Assembly (NCBI GenBank): GCA_007571365.1
Contig: RKRN01000143.1
Location: forward strand, 2,245 to 66,244
Reading direction: 5' to 3'
DNA: 64,000 bases
Source of the DNA: Candidatus Latescibacterota bacterium
GTDB taxonomy: Bacteria > Latescibacterota > UBA2968 > UBA8231
The notes under the pieces were generated by a model. It saw nothing but the letters and a program-made list of their open reading frames with translations, did no database searches and was not told the DNA's origin. This document shows, in pieces, positions 8,316 to 15,764 of this stretch. The translations under genes were made by a program, and so were the position numbers. How positions within the stretch are numbered: position 1 is the first letter of the stretch; the number at the start of each line of letters is the position of its first letter.

Positions 8316-9587
8316 TTAGTGCCTTTCGATGTCGGCCCCCAAGGCTCGCAGGCGGTGCTCGAGGTAGGTGTGCCCGCGGTCGAGCTGGTAGAGGTTGCCG
8401 ATCTCGGTGCGACCTTCGGCCGCTAGGCCAGCGAGCACACAGGTGGCTCCGGCGCGAATGTCCATGGCCTTGACCTTAGCCCCTTTGAGCTGAGCCGGTC
8501 CGTGTACCAACACGAGGCGGTCCTTTTCGGGCGCGATGCGCGCGCCGAAGGAGCGCAAAGCCTTGACGTGGCCGAGGCGATCTTCGAATACGGTCTCGCG
8601 GATATAGCTGTCGCCTTTGGCCATACACGCCAAGGCCGTGATCCCGGGCTGTAGGTCTGTTGGGAAGCCGGGGTAAAAGGTGGTGACTACGTTAATCGGC
8701 GACAAAGTTTGCGGACCGCGTACGCGCAGCCAAGCCCCTTCCTCTGTCATCTCGACGCCCATCTGCTGGAGCTTGGCCTCAAACACGTACAGGTGATCGC
8801 GCACCACGCCCTTGAGGGCAATATCGCCGCCGGTAATCGCCCCGGCCATCACCAGCAGACCGGCGTCGAGGCGATCGTACATGATCGTGTGCTCGGCTCC
8901 TACCAACTCGCGGACTCCCTTGATATGCACTCGCCGCGTACCAGCCCCTTCGACTTGGGCACCCATCTTTTGCAGGAGCACCGCGAAATCGACGATCTCG
9001 GGGTCGGAGGCCGCGTTTTCGATCGCGGACTCGCCCTCGGCTAGGCAGGAAGCCATAAGGAGGTTTTCCACCCCAGTATGGCTGGGCAAGTCGCAATACA
9101 TAGAGGAACCGGAGAGCCGCTTGGCTACTACGTCAATGCCGCCGCCGCCGACGTTTTGGACCTCGGCTCCGAGCCGGGCAAAGCCGCGATAGTGATAGTC
9201 GGTTGGCCGCGAGCCAATGGTGCAGCCGCCGACCTCTTGGATCCAAGCGCGGCCAAAGCGGGCCAACAGCGGCCCGACGAAAAGCAGCGAGGCGCGAAAG
9301 CGCTTGGTCAAATCTGCGGGCAGCCGAGTCTCTTTGACATCGCGGGTGTCTAGGACGGCCACTCCTGCGGTTGCATCGTAATCGACATCTGCACCGAGCT
9401 GGCGCAACAACTCTAGGGCGACCAACACGTCTTTGACAGGGGGAACTCGATGCAGAACGGTTTGCCCTTCGGTGGCCAACAACGAGGCGGCCAACATGGG
9501 CAGAGCGGCGTTTTTGGACCCTTGGACCTCGACCTCACCTTGGAGAGGATGTCCGCCGTTCACGAAAAGAACTTCAGTAGAATTCAT
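8316..9587 (-). CDS. murA: UDP-N-acetylglucosamine 1-carboxyvinyltransferase
   Basis: 423 aa. VQGSKNAALPMLAASLLA and GCTIGSRPTD (active-site Cys loop), with full-length EPT fold pattern. Confidence 0.95.
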   Translation of the reverse strand: MNSTEVLFVNGGHPLQGEVEVQGSKNAALPMLAASLLATEGQTVLHRVPPVKDVLVALELLRQLGADVDYDATAGVAVLDTRDVKETRLPADLTKRFRASLLFVGPLLARFGRAWIQEVGGCTIGSRPTDYHYRGFARLGAEVQNVGGGGIDVVAKRLSGSSMYCDLPSHTGVENLLMASCLAEGESAIENAASDPEIVDFAVLLQKMGAQVEGAGTRRVHIKGVRELVGAEHTIMYDRLDAGLLVMAGAITGGDIALKGVVRDHLYVFEAKLQQMGVEMTEEGAWLRVRGPQTLSPINVVTTFYPGFPTDLQPGITALACMAKGDSYIRETVFEDRLGHVKALRSFGARIAPEKDRLVLVHGPAQLKGAKVKAMDIRAGATCVLAGLAAEGRTEIGNLYQLDRGHTYLEHRLRALGADIERH

Positions 9588-9697
9588 CGCTAATCCTTGA
9601 AGTTAAGAGGGCGAGCAACACACTAATACACCAAGGGGAGGGGGATGACCCAAATGTAACATTGGGTATGCGGTCCGTCAATCGCTCAATGCGCTGC

Positions 9698-9725
9698 TTG
9701 ACAGAGAGGAGCGCATCTCTATATT
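9698..9725 (+). promoter_or_regulatory. Sigma70-like promoter TTGACA-16 nt-TATATT for the glutaredoxin-like gene
   Basis: TTGACA at 9698-9703 and TATATT at 9720-9725, ~58 nt upstream of ATG 9784. Confidence 0.45.
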
Positions 9726-9783
9726 CCACCAAACGCAAACAAACGCAAAATCGTTTCAATCACGCCAGAAAGGAATTTCAATC

Positions 9784-10053
9784 ATGGCTGAAGCCCCTCA
9801 CATCGTCGCCTATCTGAAGCCGGTTTGCGGTTGGAGCCATAGCGTACGCGTTACCTTCGCCAAATACGGCTTGGCATACGAAGACAAAGACATTATCGGC
9901 GATCCCGATATTTACGCTGAGATGGTACAGAAAAGCGGCCAGCCCCTATCGCCCTGCGTCGAGATCAACGGCCAGATGCTGGCCGATGTCGATGGCGGCG
10001 AGGTCGAGGCTTGGATGCTGGCAAACGGAGTCGTCGAGCCGGTCCCGGCCTAA
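9784..10053 (+). CDS. Glutaredoxin-like thioredoxin-fold protein (CxxS)
   Basis: 89 aa. KPVCGWSHSV active-site-like motif followed by ..SPCVEING.. (cis-Pro region). Confidence 0.7.
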   Translation: MAEAPHIVAYLKPVCGWSHSVRVTFAKYGLAYEDKDIIGDPDIYAEMVQKSGQPLSPCVEINGQMLADVDGGEVEAWMLANGVVEPVPA

Positions 10054-10568
10054 TCGTACAGCCGGCTTAACACGCGCCGCATCCCCTCGCACAGATTGGG
10101 CTGCTCGTGGTTGAGCGGCCCGCTCGCCGCTCGGCGAATCAGCGTCAGCGCACCCCATCGCTGGCCATCGCTGGCCTTGAGCGGCAGCACGTAGCTAAAG
10201 CCGATAGACCCGCGTTCAGCCCCCTCTAGCAGGAAGCGCACTACGCCTGCTGGCAGGGGGCTTTCTTCGTCGGCATGGGCTTGTCCCACCAGCAATAACG
10301 CCGAGTTCCCGCCGGCCTGATCGGCAAAGGAGCGCACGTCGCCTTGTTCGAGCACCCGCTGCAAAACCTCGGCGCCGGCGCCGGCCGTGTGGACTACGCC
10401 TTGGCCAACGCGCTCATATACGATGGTGTCTGCCGCTTCGATGCCCAGTAGCAAATCCATGCCTTGGATCACGGCTTGGTCGGCAGACATCGCCTCAAGC
10501 GATGCGACGATGTGAGGGGGAATGGTAGCGGGTTCGGGCATGTTGAACGGGATGATCGAGACGGGCAT
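10050..10568 (-). CDS. Hypothetical protein, possibly GAF-like sensor domain
   Basis: 172 aa from ATG 10568; the track ORF begins at TTG 10589. The function guess is weak. Confidence 0.55.
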   Translation of the reverse strand: MPVSIIPFNMPEPATIPPHIVASLEAMSADQAVIQGMDLLLGIEAADTIVYERVGQGVVHTAGAGAEVLQRVLEQGDVRSFADQAGGNSALLLVGQAHADEESPLPAGVVRFLLEGAERGSIGFSYVLPLKASDGQRWGALTLIRRAASGPLNHEQPNLCEGMRRVLSRLYD

Positions 10569-10620
10569 GGCGCATCCTTGACAAGGCAAATGAGGGGGCT
10601 TTAATTTTCTTGCGTCTGGT

Positions 10621-10696
10621 GGCTCTTTAGCTCAGTCGGTAGAGCAGGAGACTGAAAATCTCTGTGTCCGCGGTTCGATTCCGCGAGGAGCCACCA
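10621..10696 (+). tRNA. tRNA-Phe (GAA)
   Basis: 76 nt. Acceptor GGCTCTT/AGGAGCC, D arm GCTCAGTCGGTAGAGC, anticodon loop CTGAAAA, T arm CGCGGTTCGATTCCGCG, encoded CCA. Confidence 0.95.
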
Positions 10697-10706
10697 CTAT
10701 TATAAG

Positions 10707-10742
10707 CAGCCCCTTAGCGGTCGCAAGCTGAGGGGCTGTTTG
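10707..10742 (+). terminator. Intrinsic terminator after tRNA-Phe
   Basis: 8-bp stem CAGCCCCT (10707-10714) / AGGGGCTG (10731-10738) followed by TTTG. It sits between convergent genes. Confidence 0.6.
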
Positions 10743-10754
10743 CATGTGTGTGCG

Positions 10755-11666
10755 TTATCGGCTAGTGCCCTCTCGGCACTTGATTTGTCCCCAGCTTGCC
10801 GGCTGCACGGCCGTGGCGGGGAGGTCGTGGGCAGCGCAGCGGAATCCGACGATGAGGTAGCTTACCGAAGGCGGCAACCCACTGCGGTCGGTGGTGCGCA
10901 GGCGATATGGGTCGCTGCTCATTGACCCACCCCGCAGCACCCGGCTGATGCCGGTATCTGGCCCCGGCGGATCGTGTGTGGGGCTTTGCGCGTAGTAATC
11001 CTCGCCGTACCAATCCACCACCCACTCCCAGACATTGCCCCCCATGTCGTAGGCCCCGTAAGGAGAGATTCCGCGCTGATAAGAGCCTACTGGGGCCGAG
11101 TCGAAAAAGCCGTCGCTGTCGTCGCCGCGACAGCAGCCCTCTTTGCCGTAGTTGGCTCGACTGCGGTCGATGGAATCGCCCCAAGGATAGAGGCGGCCAT
11201 CGGTGCCGCGAGCGGCCTTTTCCCACATGGCCTCGGTCGGCAACTGCAGGCCGGCCCAAGTGCAATACGCGCGGGCCCCGTACCACGAGACTTCGGCGAC
11301 CGGCCGCTGCCCAGTGCCGGGAACGGCGGTGTATCCCGGGTCGCTGTAGCGGATCTGGGCGTCGGCGTCGCGCAGATCGAGCAGCAGGTGTCCTTCGGCG
11401 TCGGTGTTGCGACCGATGTCGGTCAAAAAGGCCGCGTACTGGTCGTTGTTTACTTCAAAGCGGTCGATGTAGAAGCCGTCGAGATAGACTTGGTGGACCG
11501 GCTGCTCGTCCGCCCGACCCGCGGCCGATCCCATCGCAAAGTAACCGGCGGCGACGCGAGCCAACTCGTGCGTGGTGCCAGCCGGCGTCTGCACTTGGAC
11601 CATTTCTTGGGCTAGGACGCTCGGGGTCCATGCTAACAAGCACCAAAGAATGCCGTTGCGCGCCAT
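10755..11666 (-). CDS. Formylglycine-generating-enzyme (SUMF1/FGE-sulfatase) domain protein, secreted
   Basis: 303 aa from ATG 11666 with a signal-like N-terminus. EVNNDQYAAFL, WYGARAYCTWAG..LPTEAMWEKAARG, GNVWEWVVDWY, RVLRGGS. Confidence 0.85.
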   Translation of the reverse strand: MARNGILWCLLAWTPSVLAQEMVQVQTPAGTTHELARVAAGYFAMGSAAGRADEQPVHQVYLDGFYIDRFEVNNDQYAAFLTDIGRNTDAEGHLLLDLRDADAQIRYSDPGYTAVPGTGQRPVAEVSWYGARAYCTWAGLQLPTEAMWEKAARGTDGRLYPWGDSIDRSRANYGKEGCCRGDDSDGFFDSAPVGSYQRGISPYGAYDMGGNVWEWVVDWYGEDYYAQSPTHDPPGPDTGISRVLRGGSMSSDPYRLRTTDRSGLPPSVSYLIVGFRCAAHDLPATAVQPASWGQIKCREGTSR

Positions 11667-11762
11667 ATCGTCTCGTCTCCGCTGCATTGCCTTTTTTTGC
11701 CGCGAGTCGTTGATTTACCGCCCTATACATAACCGACCTCCTCTGTTTCGTCAAAAAAGAAA

Positions 11763-13010
11763 TTGGTCTCTACTCACCGCGAGGCACTGGCACTTTTCAA
11801 CCGCGATGTGCGCTTGGTGCTCTTCAGCCAAGCCCTGATCGGCTTTACGATCTTCGGCGGCGTCTATACCGTCCTGCTCAATCTGTATCTCCTGCGCTTG
11901 GGCTACGGCCCCCAGTTGATCGGCCAAGTCAATGCTGTTGGTGCGCTGTCGTTTGCCCTCTTGAGCATGCCCGCGGGGCTGTTGGCCAACCGCTGGGGGG
12001 CGCGGCGCAGCATGATCGCCGGCATGGTGATCGCCGCCTTCGGTTTTGGCTCGTTGCCGCTCGGCGAGTTCGCGCCCACTGCCGCGCAGCTAACTTGGAT
12101 CATGGGATCATATGCCCTCGGCGTCCTCGGCAACACCCTCTTCCTCGTCTGCTCGATTCCCTTCCTGACGCTGATCTGTCCGCCGCGCCTGCGCAATCAC
12201 GTGTTCTCAGCTCAGGTGGCACTGTGGCCGCTGGCCGGTTTTGCCGGCAGTTTGTGCGGCGGTCTGTTGCCCGGCCTGTTCTCGGCACTCCTCAGCCTGC
12301 CCGCAGATCACCCGGCCCCCTACCGCTATCCGCTGCTGCTATCCGCTGGCGTACTGTTCATCAGTGCCGGTGCTATCGCCGCCACCCGCCCCCGGCCGCA
12401 CCAACCACCCGCTAGGGAACGCAGCGCAGCAACGCCTTTGCCCTTGGCCATCATCCTCGCCTTGAGCTTGGTCACCTTTCTGCAGATGGCGGCGGAAAAC
12501 AGCCTGCGCATCTTCTTCAATGTCTATATGGACGACGGCCTCGGGGTCTCCACGGCGCTGATCGGCGGCTTGACTGCCGGAGGCCAGCTCCTCGCCGCCT
12601 GTACCGCGCTGGCTGCCCCGGCGCTCAGCCGGCGCTTTGGCCGGGTGCCGGTGATAACCGCGGGGTCCGGGGCGATGGTGCTGTGCCTCGTTCCCCTTGC
12701 GTGGGTCGCCCATTGGGCGGTGGCCGGCGCCGCCTGTATGGCCCTGGTGGCACTCAGTTCGGTCCGCCGCTCGGTCTATCTCGTCTTTCAACAGGAATTG
12801 GTCCCCCAGCGCTGGCGGGTGACCATGAGTTCGGCCCTGACTATGGCCTACGGCATCAGCAGTGCCGGCATTTCGCTCGGCGGCGGCTGGATGATCGACG
12901 CGCTGGGCTATCGGGCGCTGTTTTTGAGCAGTGCCGTGATTGCGGCGTTTGGCGTGCTCTGCTTTCAGGGCTACTTCCGCATCCCGCGCGGCGAGTACGC
13001 CAAACGTTAG
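11763..13010 (+). CDS. MFS transporter
   Basis: 415 aa from a TTG start, ~12 hydrophobic spans, G..ANRWGARR loop motif. Confidence 0.8.
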   Translation: MVSTHREALALFNRDVRLVLFSQALIGFTIFGGVYTVLLNLYLLRLGYGPQLIGQVNAVGALSFALLSMPAGLLANRWGARRSMIAGMVIAAFGFGSLPLGEFAPTAAQLTWIMGSYALGVLGNTLFLVCSIPFLTLICPPRLRNHVFSAQVALWPLAGFAGSLCGGLLPGLFSALLSLPADHPAPYRYPLLLSAGVLFISAGAIAATRPRPHQPPARERSAATPLPLAIILALSLVTFLQMAAENSLRIFFNVYMDDGLGVSTALIGGLTAGGQLLAACTALAAPALSRRFGRVPVITAGSGAMVLCLVPLAWVAHWAVAGAACMALVALSSVRRSVYLVFQQELVPQRWRVTMSSALTMAYGISSAGISLGGGWMIDALGYRALFLSSAVIAAFGVLCFQGYFRIPRGEYAKR

Positions 13011-14245
13011 CGGGGCCCCTCCAATGTATCTTGGCCGTGCGGGCGCAGCACCAACACCTCGTAGGTGATCGGCTCGGCTACGCGCTCCATCGCCACCCCG
13101 AATTGCGTGTGCAAAGAATCAAGCGCCGCGTCCCAGCCAGCGGAAAAATCGATGGCGATAGCTACCGGTCGCTCAAAGGGACTGGCCGCAACCGCGCCGT
13201 CCCATTGCAGCTCGATTTCGTCGAGGTCTGGGTCGTAGCCTTCGACTAGCGCCTTGATCGCGGCGTTTTTGAGCACGCTCTCGATCACAGACCCAAGCGA
13301 ACGCCCGGTGGCGCGGAAGCTGCTGCCAGTGATCGAAAGTTCTCCCCTCAGCGCACTCGTTGGAAACTCGGAGCCATCTTGGGTAAAAATCCAGCGCGTC
13401 CTCGTGCCTTGCCGCTCTTCCACTTCCGCGGCAAAACCAAAGCGGCGACCGAGGCGTTGGACGCGCTCGCTGGGAGTTAGGCTATGGCTGTAGGCAATCC
13501 GCGCCGAGTAGCGCTGCTGGGCCAGTTTCTGCTCTGGGGTTGCTGCGGACAGCATTTTCTTCAAGTCCGGCATTACGCCCGAGACCATCCGCTCGATGCG
13601 AGGTTCCACCGGCATCTCCCCAATAACCCGCGCGATTCTGGCCAGTGGGACGTGGTGGAATTCGTGGCGCGTAATCTCGGCCGACGAAAACGAAGCGTGG
13701 CCCTCGTAGCCTTTGCTTGGATCGTCCCAAGGCGGATGGACGACGATGTCCATACCGTCCAACGGCATGTAGATCGCCTGCTTCCAAGGCACAAAGGGAT
13801 CTAGAATCTGCTCAAACGGCAGCGCGAACCGCACTGTGTCGGTAAAAGACTGAACCGCATCGTCGGCGACCGCGAAAAGCTCGTCCGCTAGGGGCACATC
13901 GTAATCTAGATAGTTAAACTCGCTGACCTGTTGCCAATTTTGTTGGCCTGTGTCCAGATAAACGCGGGCTTGGCTGGGCAACCGCGTCTGAGCATCTACC
14001 TCGACTGTAAACCGGATGTCCGATGGGGTCTTACGGCCCAGCGAGGATCGTTGCCAGATCGAAAAAAGCACGGTCGCCCCTCGATCCTCGCGCTCAATCT
14101 GATAGCTCCAAGGCTCTAATTGCTCGCGCTCGGGCAGAGTCAGTTGCTCGGTGAGTTTATCCAAGGACCACGCGCCTTCCGCGCCGCTGTCTTTCCCATA
14201 CCAGACACCGGCCATATAAACCCACATTTTTGCATCGCTTCTCAC
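13007..14245 (-). CDS. Hypothetical protein; the C-terminal third resembles TIGR03435-type soil-associated periplasmic domains
   Basis: 412 aa from a GTG start, no signal peptide or TM. The C-terminus ..LHTQFGVAMERVAEPITYEVLVLR resembles the QLGLKLE..PV.VLVID ending of that family; this is from memory and weak. Confidence 0.65.
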   Translation of the reverse strand: MRSDAKMWVYMAGVWYGKDSGAEGAWSLDKLTEQLTLPEREQLEPWSYQIEREDRGATVLFSIWQRSSLGRKTPSDIRFTVEVDAQTRLPSQARVYLDTGQQNWQQVSEFNYLDYDVPLADELFAVADDAVQSFTDTVRFALPFEQILDPFVPWKQAIYMPLDGMDIVVHPPWDDPSKGYEGHASFSSAEITRHEFHHVPLARIARVIGEMPVEPRIERMVSGVMPDLKKMLSAATPEQKLAQQRYSARIAYSHSLTPSERVQRLGRRFGFAAEVEERQGTRTRWIFTQDGSEFPTSALRGELSITGSSFRATGRSLGSVIESVLKNAAIKALVEGYDPDLDEIELQWDGAVAASPFERPVAIAIDFSAGWDAALDSLHTQFGVAMERVAEPITYEVLVLRPHGQDTLEGPR

Positions 14246-14497
14246 GGCCGCCCGCCGCGCCGCGCCGCTGCCTACTTCCGATAACGACGACGACCGTCTT
14301 GTCGGTGAGTTTTACCGTCGCTTCGACGAGTTGAGCAGGCAGATCGCAGAGCTCCGGTCGCCGATATTTCAGCGGCTCAGTTGACTACCGAGAAACAAAA
14401 ACGTTAGTATAATTCACGATTCATAAGTATGTTCAACCTTAAGCCCCCTCAGACGTTGGGATGGTCCCAACACAATATGGGAAAAGGAGGATTTTAT

Positions 14498-15055
14498 ATG
14501 CATATCTTAGCAATCGCCTTGCTGCTGACACCTTTAGCGGTTGTCGAGCGGGCAGAGGCACACGGGTGCTACGTAGGCCCGACGGAGACAACGTACAGAT
14601 TTTTGGAGTGTTGCGGAAAATCAAGGACGAGTACTGAAACGACTGTTAGGGAGCAGTATTATTACTGGCCACTTGACGATGGCACTTGTTTTGGCTCCAT
14701 CCATGAGGATAGTGATGTCGGTCCTGACGAGCAGAATTGGGGATACCACTGGCACAGTAGGTCTTCTATAGACTGTGTTGATAGGAACCATGGGGGATAC
14801 GAAACAGAATGCGACAAGCATAGAAGAGTATGCAATGATGAGAAAGAGATAAGTGAAACACCTTACGCTACCTGTCAGACAGACCCAGAGGAAGATGAAC
14901 AGTGCCATGAATCTGCAAGCAGTGCAGATGTCTATGATTATGTGGTAATTTATGGGGATGCTTGGTGGGATGTAAAAGAAAAAGTTTGGTATGCTTATGA
15001 CGACTACCACGAAGTGACGATTAAAAGAAAATGCAAACGGGAATTAATACCCTAA
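14498..15055 (+). CDS. Secreted cysteine-rich hypothetical protein (10 Cys in the mature part)
   Basis: 185 aa from ATG 14498, with AGGAGG 7 nt upstream. Signal peptide MHILAIALLLTPLAVVERAEA. Acidic, Cys/Trp/Tyr-rich. GC about 45 %. Confidence 0.65.
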   Translation: MHILAIALLLTPLAVVERAEAHGCYVGPTETTYRFLECCGKSRTSTETTVREQYYYWPLDDGTCFGSIHEDSDVGPDEQNWGYHWHSRSSIDCVDRNHGGYETECDKHRRVCNDEKEISETPYATCQTDPEEDEQCHESASSADVYDYVVIYGDAWWDVKEKVWYAYDDYHEVTIKRKCKRELIP

Positions 15056-15537
15056 CCGTCCTCCTCTGCTTGTGCCTCCTTCCTGTCAAAGCCAAGTCAG
15101 AGGTCGCCCTTGGCGTTTCCTTCTTTGGGGGAGCGAGATCAGCAAGCCTTTTGCGTGTCAAAGACCGATCCATGATCGGGGCTGATTTCGAGCTATACTT
15201 TGCACGACGAGGCGACAAAAGAATCACCGACACAAGCACAGGCTCACCGTTCGGATGGCTCTTGAGTCCTGCGGTGATGGCCATGAGAATTCATCGATCT
15301 GGCGAATTTGCTCCTTTGTCCTACATACGATTAGTCGTAAGTGCCAGTCGCCCGCCAGATGAAACAGAGTGGATACATAGCGGAGAGATCGGTATAGGCT
15401 TTATTTGGAGGCCGCCCCAAAAGAAGGAGATCAGCCTGTCCGCGAGACATGGGTTCATTATCAGCTATAAGGACCGTAACGGCACGTGGACAGGAAAATC
15501 TAACCCTCCCAACCTGCTGGTCACCTTCAGCTTCTGA
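15031..15537 (+). CDS. Small putative outer-membrane beta-barrel protein
   Basis: 168 aa. Signal peptide, alternating hydrophobic pattern, C-terminal ..LLVTFSF with a terminal Phe. Overlaps the preceding gene by 25 nt. Low GC. Confidence 0.55.
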   Translation: MQTGINTLTVLLCLCLLPVKAKSEVALGVSFFGGARSASLLRVKDRSMIGADFELYFARRGDKRITDTSTGSPFGWLLSPAVMAMRIHRSGEFAPLSYIRLVVSASRPPDETEWIHSGEIGIGFIWRPPQKKEISLSARHGFIISYKDRNGTWTGKSNPPNLLVTFSF

Positions 15538-15648
15538 GAAATATGCTAGAGATTGCATAAGGCCCTCCTTGGCGGAAGAGTGCGGGTAGTTGCTCTGGCC
15601 AGTAGCGCGTTTGCCCTATATGACCCACCAAGCGCGACTATGTGAACC

Positions 15649-15682
15649 GCAAAAATAAAAAACCGCCTAGTTGCCTAGGCGG
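15649..15682 (-). terminator. Intrinsic terminator downstream of the M16 protease gene
   Basis: Stem CCGCCTAG (15663-15670) / CTAGGCGG (15675-15682) with loop TTGC. On the minus strand it is followed by TTTTTTATTTTT (A-run 15649-15662). Confidence 0.75.
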
Positions 15683-15764
15683 TCGCGCAAATAATTTTTC
15701 GGCATGTCCCCTAGCGCTCGACCCCTGCGTAAATCGCGATAAAGCTCCGCCGATCCGCAAAATC

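Noticed and set aside
10590-10760. tRNA-Phe, and tRNA-Asp at 55989-56065, as possible integration sites of mobile elements
   Set aside because: The flanking genes have backbone GC. There is no integrase and no direct repeat of the tRNA 3' end nearby.
14220-14383. Plus-strand frame encoding ..DNDDDRLVGEFYRRFDELSRQIAELRSPIFQRLS that looks protein-like
   Set aside because: There is no ATG/GTG/TTG start in frame after the upstream TAA (14217-14219) until near its end. At best it is a remnant of a destroyed gene, and I cannot support it as a feature.
14381-14413. TTGACT ... TATAAT promoter-like hexamers upstream of the Cys-rich protein gene
   Set aside because: The spacer is 21 nt, too long for a sigma70 promoter, and there is no extended -10 TG.
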